Below, piece after piece: positions 34,583 through 45,257 of a stretch of 64,000 nt of DNA. Made by a program: the position numbers and the translations under genes. Numbering within the stretch: position 1 is the first letter of the stretch; each line of letters begins with the position of its first letter. Below the pieces are notes generated by a model. The model made no database searches. It was given only the letters and a program-made list of their open reading frames with translations, and was not told the origin of the DNA. Source of the stretch: an uncultured Acidobacteriota bacterium (GTDB lineage: Bacteria; Acidobacteriota; Thermoanaerobaculia; Multivoradales; UBA5704); assembly GCA_963770895.1 (NCBI GenBank), contig CAVYRF010000003.1, positions 1-64,000 on the forward strand, written 5' to 3'.

Positions 34583-35673
34583 ATTTGACCGACCCGCGGG
34601 ACCGCCGGCCGCAACGCATCGCGGTGCTGCCCGGCGATGGCATCGGCAAGGACGTCACGGTCGAGGCGGTCAAGGTGCTGAGCGCGGCGGCGGAGGTGTT
34701 CGACCTGCCGCTGCAGCTGGAACACCTGCCGTGGGACGCCGACCGCTACCTGGCGACCGGCGAGACCCTGCCGGCGGGAGCGCTGGAGGATTTCCGCGAC
34801 AACTGGTCGGCCATTTTCATCGGCGCCTTTGGCGATCCGCGCGTGCCGGACATGAAGCACGCCGCCGACATCCTGCTCGGCATCCGCTTCGGCCTGGACC
34901 TGTACATCAACCTGCGGCCGATCAAGCTCTACGACGCGCGCCACTGCCCGCTCAAGGGCAGGAGCGAACGCGACGTCGACATCGTCGTCTTCCGCGAGAA
35001 CACCGAAGGCGCCTACGTCAACATGGGCGGCAACTTCAAGCGCGGCACCGCCGACGAAGTGGCGGTGCAGGACGAGATCCACACCCGCAAAGGGGTGGAG
35101 CGCATCGTCCGCGCGGCGTTCGACTACGCGGTGGCCCACGGCCGGCGCCAGGTGCTGATGAGCGACAAGTCGAACGTCATGCGCTACGGCCACGACCTGT
35201 GGCAGCGCTGCTTCCGGGAGGTGGCGGCGGACTATCCCGGCATCGAGGCGACCCACATGTTCGTCGACTCCCTGGCGATGCAGATGGTGCTGCAGCCGCA
35301 GACCCTGGACGTCATCGTCAGCAACAACATGTTCGGCGACATCCTGACCGACCTGGGCGCTGCGCTGCAGGGCGGCCTGGGGGTTGCCGCCTCGGCCAAC
35401 GTCCACCCCGGCCGCACCTCGATGTTCGAGCCGGTGCACGGCTCGGCGCCCAAGTTCGCCGGCACCGGCCGCGCCAACCCGGTCGGCGCCGTGCTGTCCT
35501 GTGCCCTCATGCTGGACACGCTCGGCCACGCCGCCGCGGCGCGGGCCATCGAAGAGGAAGTCGCCAAGAGCCTGCGCGCCGGCGACACCACCGCCGACCT
35601 GGGCGGCAGCCTGAACACCTCGCAGGTCGGGGACCTGCTGGCCAAGGCCGTGGGCGCTCGCCCGCGTTCCTGA
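34579..35673 (+). CDS. leuB: 3-isopropylmalate dehydrogenase / beta-decarboxylating dehydrogenase
   Basis: 'PGDGIG', 'NLRP', 'RENTEG', 'DKSNV', 'NMFGDILTD', 'FEPVHGSAP'. Confidence 0.88.
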   Translation: MNLTDPRDRRPQRIAVLPGDGIGKDVTVEAVKVLSAAAEVFDLPLQLEHLPWDADRYLATGETLPAGALEDFRDNWSAIFIGAFGDPRVPDMKHAADILLGIRFGLDLYINLRPIKLYDARHCPLKGRSERDVDIVVFRENTEGAYVNMGGNFKRGTADEVAVQDEIHTRKGVERIVRAAFDYAVAHGRRQVLMSDKSNVMRYGHDLWQRCFREVAADYPGIEATHMFVDSLAMQMVLQPQTLDVIVSNNMFGDILTDLGAALQGGLGVAASANVHPGRTSMFEPVHGSAPKFAGTGRANPVGAVLSCALMLDTLGHAAAARAIEEEVAKSLRAGDTTADLGGSLNTSQVGDLLAKAVGARPRS

Positions 35674-35942
35674 GCCCCGCACCCGCTTACCGCGCCGAGC
35701 GCTCGCATCTGGACGCCGAGCGCTCGCGCCAGCGCGCTTGCATCTGCGTGCCGCGCACTCGCGCCAGCGCGCCGTGCGCTCGGTCCTGCCGCGGCGGCGG
35801 ATTGTTGTTCAGTGCTATCAGCGGCGCTGCGCGACGGTCCGGCGGGGACGCGCTGTAGTAATATTTACGCTGGTTTGCGACGCCACGCCCCTTGGCGCAC
35901 GACGACGATCGGGCCGACCCCCGTGAGGAGCAGCAACAGGCA

Positions 35943-37184
35943 ATGACCACCGCGAACGTGGACAGACCGCTGATCTATGACTGGAACCTGGCGGGCGGCG
36001 AGCTGCAGCCCGCGCGCGGACGGGTGGAGCTGGACGACGAAACGCTGCGCGACGGCTTGCAATCGCCGTCGGTGCGCACGCCTTCGATCGACGACAAGCT
36101 GCGCATTCTGCACGGCATGGTGGGGCTGGGCATCGAATCGGTCGACCTCGGGCTGCCGGGCGCCGGCCCGCACGTGGTGCGCGACGTCGAGCGGCTGGCG
36201 CGGGAGATCGCCGACCAGCGGCTGCCGATCTTCCCCAACTGCGCCGCCCGCACGCTGGTGACCGATCTGCGGCCGATCGCCGAGATCGCGCAGCGCACCG
36301 GTCTGGCCATCGAGGCGTCGTGCTTCATCGGCTCGTCGCCGATCCGCCAGTACACCGAAGGGTGGACCCTGGACCGCATGCTCAAGCTGACCCGCGAAGC
36401 CGTGCAGTTCGCGGCGGGCGAAGGGCTGCCGGTCATGTACGTCACCGAGGACACCACGCGCGCCGATCCCGAGGATCTGCGCCGCCTCTATACCGCGGCG
36501 GTCGAAGCGGGCGCTCGCCGCGTCTGCATCGCCGACACGGTGGGCCATGCGACGCCCGCCGGCGCCGCCAACGTCACCCGTTTCGTGCGCCAGGTGGTGG
36601 ATGCCACCGGCGAAGACGTCAAGGTGGACTGGCACGGCCACCGCGATCGCGACCTGGCGGTGATCAACGCGCTCGCCGCCGCGGCCGGCGGCGCCGATCG
36701 CCTGCACGGCACGGCGCTGGGCATCGGCGAGCGGGTGGGCAACTGCCCCATCGACATGCTGCTGGTCAACATGCAACTGCTGGGCTGGATCGACCGCGAC
36801 CTGGCCGGGCTGCCCGATCACTGCCGGCTGGTCGCCGCGACGACCGGCGTGGCGCTGCCCGACAACTATCCGGTGGTCGGGCGCGACGCCTTCCGCACCG
36901 CGACGGGCGTCCACGCTTCGGCGATTCTCAAGGCGCGCGCCCGCGGGCAGGACTGGCTGGCCGACCGCGTCTACTCCGGCGTTCCGGCAAGCCTCATCGG
37001 CTGCCGCCAGGTGGTCGACGTCGGTCCGATGAGCGGCGAATCCAACGTCGTCTGCTGGCTGCAGGATCACGACATCGAGGCCGAGCCGGCCCTGGTCAAG
37101 GAGATCTTCCAGCGCGCCAAGGAATCCAGCCAGGTCCTGGTGGACGCCGAGATCCTGGAGATCTGCCACGCCGCAAATCACTAG
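35943..37184 (+). CDS. leuA: LeuA-family DRE-TIM synthase (2-isopropylmalate/homocitrate synthase-like) lacking the C-terminal regulatory domain
   Basis: 'DETLRDGLQ', 'EDTTR', 'IADTVG', 'HGHRD', 'GIGERVGN'; only about 413 aa. Confidence 0.75.
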   Translation: MTTANVDRPLIYDWNLAGGELQPARGRVELDDETLRDGLQSPSVRTPSIDDKLRILHGMVGLGIESVDLGLPGAGPHVVRDVERLAREIADQRLPIFPNCAARTLVTDLRPIAEIAQRTGLAIEASCFIGSSPIRQYTEGWTLDRMLKLTREAVQFAAGEGLPVMYVTEDTTRADPEDLRRLYTAAVEAGARRVCIADTVGHATPAGAANVTRFVRQVVDATGEDVKVDWHGHRDRDLAVINALAAAAGGADRLHGTALGIGERVGNCPIDMLLVNMQLLGWIDRDLAGLPDHCRLVAATTGVALPDNYPVVGRDAFRTATGVHASAILKARARGQDWLADRVYSGVPASLIGCRQVVDVGPMSGESNVVCWLQDHDIEAEPALVKEIFQRAKESSQVLVDAEILEICHAANH

Positions 37185-37195
37185 GCCGCGCACCA

Positions 37196-37363
37196 CTAGT
37201 GGCCTGTATCAGGCAAATCGCTAGTGCCTGGCTTGCCCTCGACGCCCGGAGCGGCGTTGCGCCTCCTCGACATAGTCCCCCGCTATGCCTGCGTCGGCGC
37301 GCCTGGCTCCAGGCGCCGATTGCGGCGCCATCCACTAGCGATTCACCTGATACAGGCCACTAG
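37196..37363. repeat. 168-bp CTAG-bounded palindromic element (MITE/REPIN-like), copy 1
   Basis: Perfect 18-bp terminal IR CTAGTGGCCTGTATCAGG, a further 11-bp IR, and a core shared with 45096-45150. Confidence 0.85.
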
Positions 37364-37380
37364 CTAGCGCGGGGTAAGCG

Positions 37381-38484
<1,104 letters not shown>

Positions 38485-38740
38485 GAAGGGCGGCCCGCAG
38501 GTTGGCTCCGCCGCCTGGAGCCGATCGGCGGAGCGGGCGCTCGCTTGCGAGCCTGCGCCGGCCGCAGCTCCTTGTTCATCGCAGGCTCCTTGCACGAGAG
38601 TGTTCGACAGGAAGTATGCGATGTAATTTTGCGGGTTCGGCGAGCGCACCCCTGGCGGTTAAATTCTTACAATACTGGGTGAGTCCGCCGCGCTAGGCTT
38701 GGTTCATGAGCAGCTCGCCCGACCGCGAAGGAGGCAGGCG

Positions 38741-40075
38741 ATGATCCACGATCCGGGTGCCATGCCGCCGCCGGCCCGCAAGGCCGCGCTGGCGTATATC
38801 TTCGTCACCGTCGCTCTGGACATGCTGGCGTTCGGCATCGCCTTCCCGGTGCTGCCCAGGCTGGTGCTGCAGTTCAGCGGCGGCAACACCGCCAAGGCGG
38901 CGCTGGCCTACGGCGCGTTCGGCACCACCTTTGCCGCCATGCAGTTTGTCTTTTCGCCGCTGCTCGGCGCGCTGTCCGACCGGTTCGGGCGGCGGCCGGT
39001 CGTGCTGCTGTCGAACCTGGGCCTGGGTGTGGACTACGTGGTGATGGCGCTGGCGCCGTCGCTCACCTGGCTGTTCGTGGGCCGGGTCACGTCGGGGATT
39101 TGCGGCGCGAGCTACGCCACCGCGGGCGCCTACATCGCCGACGTGACGCCGCCCGAAAAGCGCGCCGCCAGCTTCGGTCTGCTGAGCGCCGCCTTCGGGT
39201 TCGGCTTCGTGGTCGGCCCCGCGGTGGGCGGCCTGGCAGGCCGCATGGACCCGCGCCTGCCCTTCTGGATCGCCGCGGTGCTCTGCCTGCTCAACGCCGT
39301 CTACGGGCTCTTCGTCCTTCCCGAGTCGCTGCCGCCCGAGCGCCGCGGCAAGGTGCACTGGCACCTGGCCAACCCGATCAGCGCCCTGCTCATGCTGCGC
39401 CGCGAGCCGCGCCTGCTGGCGCTGACGGCGGTGATGTTCCTGCACTACGTGGCGCACGAATCCAATCCCAGCACCTTTGTCCTCTACACCGACTACCGCT
39501 ACCACTGGGACGTGCGCACCGTGGGACTCAGCCTGGCGGCGGTCGGCATCACCAGCACCCTGGTGGGCGTCGGCCTGGTGCGCCCGGTCGTGGCGCGCCT
39601 GGGCGAGCGCCGCACCCTCTTCGCCGGCCTCGCCTTTGGCGTCCTGGGTTTTGTCCTCTGCGCCGCCGCCCCCACCGGTACGGTGTTCTTCATCGCCATC
39701 CCGGTGCTCGCCCTGTGGGGCCTCACCTCGCCCGCCGCCCAGGCGCTCCTCACCCAGCAAGCCGATCCCGCCGCCCAGGGCCGCCTGCAAGGCGCCCTGT
39801 CAGGCCTGCAAGGCATCGCCCTCATGCTCGGCCCAGCCCTCTTCACCGCCCTCTTCGCCGCCGTCGTCCGCCCGCCGCATGCCGCTGGGGGCACTGGCGG
39901 CGCCGCAGCGGCAGCCGGCGCCGCAGTGGCCGGCGCCAGCGCCGTCCCCGCCCTGTCCGCCGCCGCCCACCCCTGGCTGGCCGGCGCCCCCTACTACCTG
40001 GCCGCCATCCTGATGGCCATCGCCCTGGTCGTCGCCCTGCGCACCGTCCGCGCTCCTGCTGCGCTGGAGGGGTGA
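38741..40075 (+). CDS. TCR/Tet (DHA1) family MFS efflux transporter
   Basis: Motif A 'GALSDRFGRRPV', 'GRVTSG', motif C 'GFVVGPAVGG', 'LPES', 'QGRLQGA'. Confidence 0.92.
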   Translation: MIHDPGAMPPPARKAALAYIFVTVALDMLAFGIAFPVLPRLVLQFSGGNTAKAALAYGAFGTTFAAMQFVFSPLLGALSDRFGRRPVVLLSNLGLGVDYVVMALAPSLTWLFVGRVTSGICGASYATAGAYIADVTPPEKRAASFGLLSAAFGFGFVVGPAVGGLAGRMDPRLPFWIAAVLCLLNAVYGLFVLPESLPPERRGKVHWHLANPISALLMLRREPRLLALTAVMFLHYVAHESNPSTFVLYTDYRYHWDVRTVGLSLAAVGITSTLVGVGLVRPVVARLGERRTLFAGLAFGVLGFVLCAAAPTGTVFFIAIPVLALWGLTSPAAQALLTQQADPAAQGRLQGALSGLQGIALMLGPALFTALFAAVVRPPHAAGGTGGAAAAAGAAVAGASAVPALSAAAHPWLAGAPYYLAAILMAIALVVALRTVRAPAALEG

Positions 40076-40350
40076 GGCGGAGGCGGCTGGGACAGCCGCT
40101 CGCAAATAGGTTTCCCGGTCGATCCCGTGGCGCAGCATCGGTCGCCCGAAGAGATCGATGGGACCTGCGCGCCGTTCGCCGATGCGCTCGGCCACCCGCG
40201 CACGGTGGCAGCTGGTTCCATGAGCTGCCGTGGTCGACTGGCTGGTTAAATTCCTCGCCGGATGCGGGGGTGCTGCGGGCCGCGAAGAGCTGGAGCGGGA
40301 GCCTCTAGCCAATGCGCTGGATCGAGATCAGGCCCTGGGCGGTGTGCCGC

Positions 40351-42240
40351 TTACTCGGAAGGCGGCTGCGCCGGAGGCAGTGTGACGAGAAACTCTGCGA
40401 TCTCTTGAGCCTTGGCTTCGTGGCCAAGCTGGCGAAAGCCGGCAAGGGACCTGTCCAAGACCGCCCGACCTTCAGCGATCTCCCCCGAGGCGCAGAGTAG
40501 CCGGCCAAGGTCCAAGCCGACGACGCAGATGGCATCGAGCCTGACCACCGGCGTCGCCTAGAGACTCGAACACCCGCAGCCTCTTCTGGTGCAGCGCGAG
40601 CGCCGGCTCCACTTCACCGCGAGTGGCCTGGATCCGGGCGATGTCCCCCAGCGTCACGGCACGCTCCCGCGCGTCGCCCAGAGACTCGAACACCCGCAGC
40701 CTCTCCTGGTGCAGCGCCAGCGCCAACTCCACTTCCCCGCGAGACGCCTTGATCCGGGCGATCTCCCCTAGCGTTATTGCTACCTCGCGGGTCCGACCGG
40801 CGCGAGCGAGAAGCTCGCGTGCCCGCTCGAACCCCTCCTGTGCATCCGCGATCCGGCCGTCTTGCGCCATAAGGCGTGAATGGGAGATCAGGACCGCCGC
40901 ATGATCGTCGCTTTCGACTTGCTCCCCGGCGTTGAGTTTGGCAAGAATCGCCTGGTTGGCGCGGCCGTACAGCTGCCTGGCAGTCACCGTGTCGCCGGTC
41001 AGGCGGCACAGGTCTGCAACCCTGCGCAGCAAATCAAGCGGAGCGGAGACCTTGCCCTCATCCACCAGTGTGATCGCCGCGAGGCCAAGCGCCACCGCCT
41101 CCCGGTTGCGCCCCGAGCGTGCCTCCGCATCGACAGCATCCCCTGCACAGGCAGCGACGACCTGGGCGGCGCCGCAGAGCAGAGCAAGACGGGTCAGCTC
41201 CAGATCCTGGAGCAGGGACCGCTGCCACCGGCCCTCACCTCCGCCGCCCCACGCCTCGAAGAGGGGGGCTACGGCGCGCGCCGCAAGGTCGCGCTCCTCC
41301 GCGGCGGTCAGCGTGCCCGCGTGGAGCCGCGCCAGGCCGCTCACCAGGAGGCTTGCCGTAGCGTCGGGGGCATGCACCTCCCACAGGCCGAGGCCCACCA
41401 GGCGGGCGCCCACCGGTTGGCCGGGCTGGACCAGCGAGAGAGCGACAGCAAGGGGCGCCATGACCGCCTCGGGAATCGGCATCGAGAACAGCGTCGAGAC
41501 GCGGAGCAGCTCGCGCTCGTCCGGGGTCAGTAACGTGAGCAGGGTGCCGAGAGCCAGGTTGGAGAGGAACGCGACCAGCCGCTCGTCCGCGACCTCACCC
41601 TCACCGGCCAGGCTGGCCTCCATCTCGGACAGCGCCCGCCCGGCCTGCTCCGGGGCTTCGACCAGGAGGCGTGTGAGCAGATCCTGGAGACCGGGATTGC
41701 CTTGGGCGACGGCCAGCAGACGTGGCACCTGCGCCGGCTCGGCGACGCGGGCGCCCAGCAGGCGTAGCTTGGTACGCAGCTGCTTGCGGCGGTCGGTGTC
41801 GCTCATCGCCGGCAGGGGATGCCAGAAGAAAACCTGGGCGAGCTCGCGCTGCTGCCAGGGCAGGGTGAAGGTGTACCGGCTGGTGATCAGGAGCCTGGAT
41901 TCCGTCTCGGCCCGCCCCAGGGCTCGGACGAGCGCCCGCACGGGTTCGACGAAGTGGGCGATGATTCGCTTGGGAGCCGCGTCGTCCGGCTCCAGCAGCT
42001 GCTCGAAATCGTCGAGCACGAAGAGGATCGGCCGGCGGCGCTCCTCCGGCTGTGCACAGTAGGTTTCGAGCAGCTGGACAAGGACGTCGACGAGCGTCCC
42101 TTCGTCCGTGGCCCGCTCCCGGTGCTGGCGCACCAGCTCGCGGGCGGCCGGCTCGGCGACGACCTCGGCAACGGCGTCGAGCAGCGCGCTGCCGTCGAAG
42201 GGGCCGAACAGGACCAGCGAGAAGCCGCGGTGGATCGCCG
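40351..42240 (-). pseudogene. Truncated, frameshifted STAND-type NTPase-TPR protein
   Basis: Walker B 'LFVLDDFEQ' and 'LLITSR' present but no Walker A or credible start; TPR repeats; the frame breaks near 40548 and the C-terminus 'LDAICVVGLDLGRLL...' continues in another frame. Confidence 0.7.
40551..40790 (-). repeat. 2 x 120-bp tandem repeat encoding 40-aa TPR units
   Basis: 'gcgtcgccYagagactcgaacacccgcagcctc' recurs at 40551 and 40671. Confidence 0.85.
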
Positions 42241-42344
42241 TCGCCGGACGCCTGGCCGTGGATTGTGGTCGGACCCGACCGCATGGACCGCTGGCTTCAA
42301 CGGACCACAAATTCCGAGGGATCGAGCCTCGGGTCGCCTTATTG

Positions 42345-42535
42345 TCGGTGGGTATAGCTCGGCAGTGGTTCGGCTTGCAGGGCAAGACGGATAACTGCCA
42401 GGCGGCGGTCTTCGCCGCTCTGGCGCTAGACAAGTGGGCCAGCTTGATCGACGCAGAGCTGTACCTGCCGCGGGAATGGGAGGAGGATCCGAGGCGATGC
42501 GCCGCGGCAGGAGTGCCCCCCGCGGAATTGCGATC
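42345..42535 (+). mobile_element. IS701-family transposase remnant
   Basis: 'SVGIARQWFGLQGKTDNCQAAVF...LIDAELYLPREWEEDPRRCAAAGVP' matches the characteristic IS701 segment; no IS ends or full ORF. Confidence 0.8.
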
Positions 42536-42537
42536 CC

Positions 42538-42619
42538 TGCGGGTCCGAAGGTCAGGGCTTGCTGGATGCGATCGTAGCGGAAGGGTTCGTCGTCGGCGTC
42601 GACGCCCTCGAAGAGGCCG
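42538..42619 (-). repeat. 82-bp duplicated fragment of the PP2C phosphatase gene (copy of 46289-46370)
   Basis: Manual alignment gives 78/82 identical bases, same orientation. Confidence 0.9.
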
Positions 42620-42700
42620 ACGCCGCGCCATCGCGGCCGCGGCCGGCGGCCTCCTAGCGAGCGGGCGGCGGTAGCGGAAGGGAGGCCGCGGGGTCCAGAA

Positions 42701-43906
42701 TCAGGGGCAGTCGAAGGCGGCGGTGTCGAAGAAGGTCTGGAAGAGCTGGTTTTTGGCGCTGGAGTAGGTCTTGACCTTGCCGGTCTGGGTGTCGGTGACG
42801 GTGATTGCCACGCCGACGTTGGTGAGGCCGCCGGCGGACACCCACCACTTGTTGTAGGGGGCCACGCAGGCGTTGAGGATCTTAAGGATGAGCTCGATGT
42901 TGCCGGGATCGAAGAAGCTGAATTTGACGCTCTGCTGGCTTTCCAGCAGCACCGTCGCCGGCCCCTTGCCGCTGGCCGGGGTGGCGTCGTAGTTGACCGT
43001 GACCTTGAAGCGGTTGTACAGGCAGGCGGTGGTGGCGGAGGGGACGCATGCAGGCTCTACGGGCATCAGGCCGAAGATTGGCGCGGAGGCGCTGAACGAC
43101 ACGGTCCAGTAGGCCGCACCGCTGGTGAGCTCTCCGTCTCCCGACACGTCGACGGCGACAAAACCGGCGCCCGGACCGAGCTGGGTGAGCATCGTCGACA
43201 ACCACAGCGTGCCTTGGGCGAACGTCGCGGCGATGGGCAGCACGGGGGAGATGAAGAGCGCGTTGGTGTACAGCAGCGTTGGCACCAGGAGGGAGTCCAT
43301 GCGGTCGACGAACAGCGTGCCGCCGGCGTCGATGGAAGCGAAGTACAGCACGTCGGTGGATGGGTCGATGGCGATCGTCCCACCAATGTTGAGGCCGGAG
43401 GTGCACGGCGCCACCCGGCCGGAATCGAGGCTGCCGAGCAGTCCGATGATGTTGCCGCCGGTCGGGTCCAGCTGAAACAGCTCGTTGCTGTAGGTGCTGT
43501 CGCATAGCGCAAAGCCGTACAGTTGGCCCTTGCTGTCGAAGGCGAGGCTGCTGAGGGCCACGGTCAGCGGCGGCCCGAAGGGTGTGATCGTGGCGGTTTG
43601 CACATCGACGTGCACCAGCGTCCCGCTGCCGTTGATGCCCGCGATTGCAACCACGTCGCCGGTGAGCGGATTGCGTGCCAAGCTGCGCATGACCACCTGG
43701 CCGCTGCCGGAAACGAAGGTGGGAGCGGTGAGGAGCTGCAACCCATCTGTCATAACCAGCGCCGCCGTGTTTTGGGCGGTACTGGTCGGGGAGGCGGCGG
43801 TCACCGCTTCGAACAGCTGGGCCGTCGCCGTGCGACCGGTAAGGCCGAGCAAGGCGATCAGCACGACACCGCGGAAGATCCCGGTCCGGCATTGATGTAC
43901 ACGCAT
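42701..43906 (-). CDS. Secreted beta-propeller-like protein with a Cys-containing C-terminal domain
   Basis: Signal peptide ending TATA-Q; 'SLAFDSKGQLYG' blades; C-terminal 'CVPSATTACL...FFDPGNIELILKILNAC...TDTQTG...DTAAFDCP'. Confidence 0.8.
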   Translation of the reverse strand: MRVHQCRTGIFRGVVLIALLGLTGRTATAQLFEAVTAASPTSTAQNTAALVMTDGLQLLTAPTFVSGSGQVVMRSLARNPLTGDVVAIAGINGSGTLVHVDVQTATITPFGPPLTVALSSLAFDSKGQLYGFALCDSTYSNELFQLDPTGGNIIGLLGSLDSGRVAPCTSGLNIGGTIAIDPSTDVLYFASIDAGGTLFVDRMDSLLVPTLLYTNALFISPVLPIAATFAQGTLWLSTMLTQLGPGAGFVAVDVSGDGELTSGAAYWTVSFSASAPIFGLMPVEPACVPSATTACLYNRFKVTVNYDATPASGKGPATVLLESQQSVKFSFFDPGNIELILKILNACVAPYNKWWVSAGGLTNVGVAITVTDTQTGKVKTYSSAKNQLFQTFFDTAAFDCP

Positions 43907-44247
43907 GGCTTTACCCCCTTGTTTCTTCACTTCCGCCGCGGATGAATGTACGTCGCAGTATAAACTTCCCTGGCCGAATGGGGGCGGCGCCTCGGCGCCG
44001 GCACTCCCTGTACCACGGCGGATCGCGGACCAACAGCCTCCGGCTCCCAAGCGGCTTCGCCGCGTGGGCTGAGTGGTCGTGGGCCGAAAGGCCGCGGACA
44101 ACCGGCGGCCGTGGCCCTTGGTGGGCTCGTAGGTGTCCGGGCGGCCGACTAGGCGTTTTGGCTGGCTGGCACGTAAGATAGCGTGAACGGACATTCTTGG
44201 GCGGCGGGTGCGTTGGGGTACCTGTCGCTGGAGTCGAGGGAATCAGG

Positions 44248-45042
44248 ATGCAGCAGAGAGCTTTTCGCGCGCTGGGTTTTGCCGGTCTGGGTCTGGTGGC
44301 AGGTCTTGCAATGGCGGCGGAGGCGCGCGCCGACCTGGTGATCCTTGCCAATGGCGAGGTGGTCAAGGTCAAGGCGTATGAGCTGGACGGCGAGCAGGCG
44401 CGCCTGACGCTGCCGTCGGGCGGCCGGATGACGCTGCCGCTGATGCGCGTGGAGCGGGTGGTGGACGACGAGGTGGCGCCCGACCCCGATCCGCCGCCGC
44501 CGAGCGCGGCGGGTGCGGGCGCGGCCGGGGCGCCGATGCCGCAGGTGCCGCTGCGTTTTGCCGCCGAGCAGGCGGTTCCCGGCGGCCCCTGGGGGGCGCT
44601 GATCTACGAGGTGGCGCGCCGTAACTCACTAAATCCAATGGTGGTTGCGGCGGTGATCGGGGCTGAGTCGGGGGGCAACCCGATGGCGGTCTCGCGGGTC
44701 GGGGCGCGCGGCCTGATGCAGCTGATGCCGGCCACCGCGGAACGTTTCGGGGTGCACCACGAAGACCTCTTCGACCCGACCCAGAACCTGGAGGCGGGCA
44801 GCCGCTACCTGTCCTGGCTGGTCGACCAGTTCCCCAACGATCTGGCCAAGATCCTGGCCGCCTACAACGCCGGCGAAAACGCCGTCAGCCGCTACAACGG
44901 CGTGCCCCCGTACCGCGAAACCCGCGGCTACGTCCGGCGCATCTTCAGCAGCCTGGGCCTGGCCCTGGTCCCCGGCTGGATGGGCGAGCGGCCGGCAACC
45001 TCCCGCATGGCCTCGGCCGCGCGCAGCGCCGGCTCCCGCTAG
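44248..45042 (+). CDS. Lytic transglycosylase (SLT domain), secreted
   Basis: 'AESGGNPMAVS', 'GARGLMQLMPATA', 'AAYNAGE', 'PPYRETRGYV'. Confidence 0.93.
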   Translation: MQQRAFRALGFAGLGLVAGLAMAAEARADLVILANGEVVKVKAYELDGEQARLTLPSGGRMTLPLMRVERVVDDEVAPDPDPPPPSAAGAGAAGAPMPQVPLRFAAEQAVPGGPWGALIYEVARRNSLNPMVVAAVIGAESGGNPMAVSRVGARGLMQLMPATAERFGVHHEDLFDPTQNLEAGSRYLSWLVDQFPNDLAKILAAYNAGENAVSRYNGVPPYRETRGYVRRIFSSLGLALVPGWMGERPATSRMASAARSAGSR

Positions 45043-45205
45043 TGTCCCGAGTCAGAAATTCGCGGCATAAGTCGGCGAGTCATCCGCGCTCCTGGCCAGG
45101 CGCGCCGCCGCAGGCATAGTCGAACCTATGTCGAGGAGGCGCAACGCCGCCAGGGGCGTGGAGGGCCGCCGAATTATGGTGTGAATTTCTGACTCGGGGC
45201 ACTAC
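45039..45205. repeat. 167-bp CTAG-bounded palindromic element, copy 2 (core in opposite orientation)
   Basis: Arms TAGTGTCCCGAGTCAGAAATTC / GAATTTCTGACTCGGGGCACTA; core is the reverse complement of 37251-37306; the left CTAG contains the SLT stop codon. Confidence 0.85.
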
Positions 45206-45257
45206 GCCCCCTGGCGGCGACCGCCAGCGCCCCCGCTTCGGGAAGACTGCCCCAGGA

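Noticed and set aside
35680-35800. CGCCGAGCGCTCGC / CTCGCGCCAGCGCGC repeats as a leucine attenuator or riboswitch
   Set aside because: No Leu-rich leader peptide, T-box or terminator; they look like local slippage duplications.
38741-40075. Acquired tetracycline resistance gene (tetA)
   Set aside because: Family-level motifs only; no tetR or intact mobile context; substrate cannot be inferred.
42250-44105. Possible CRISPR repeat relics (GCTTCAACGGACCAC at about 42293; GGCCGAAAGGCCGCGGAC at about 44082)
   Set aside because: Single, dissimilar hairpins with no repeat-spacer periodicity and no cas genes.
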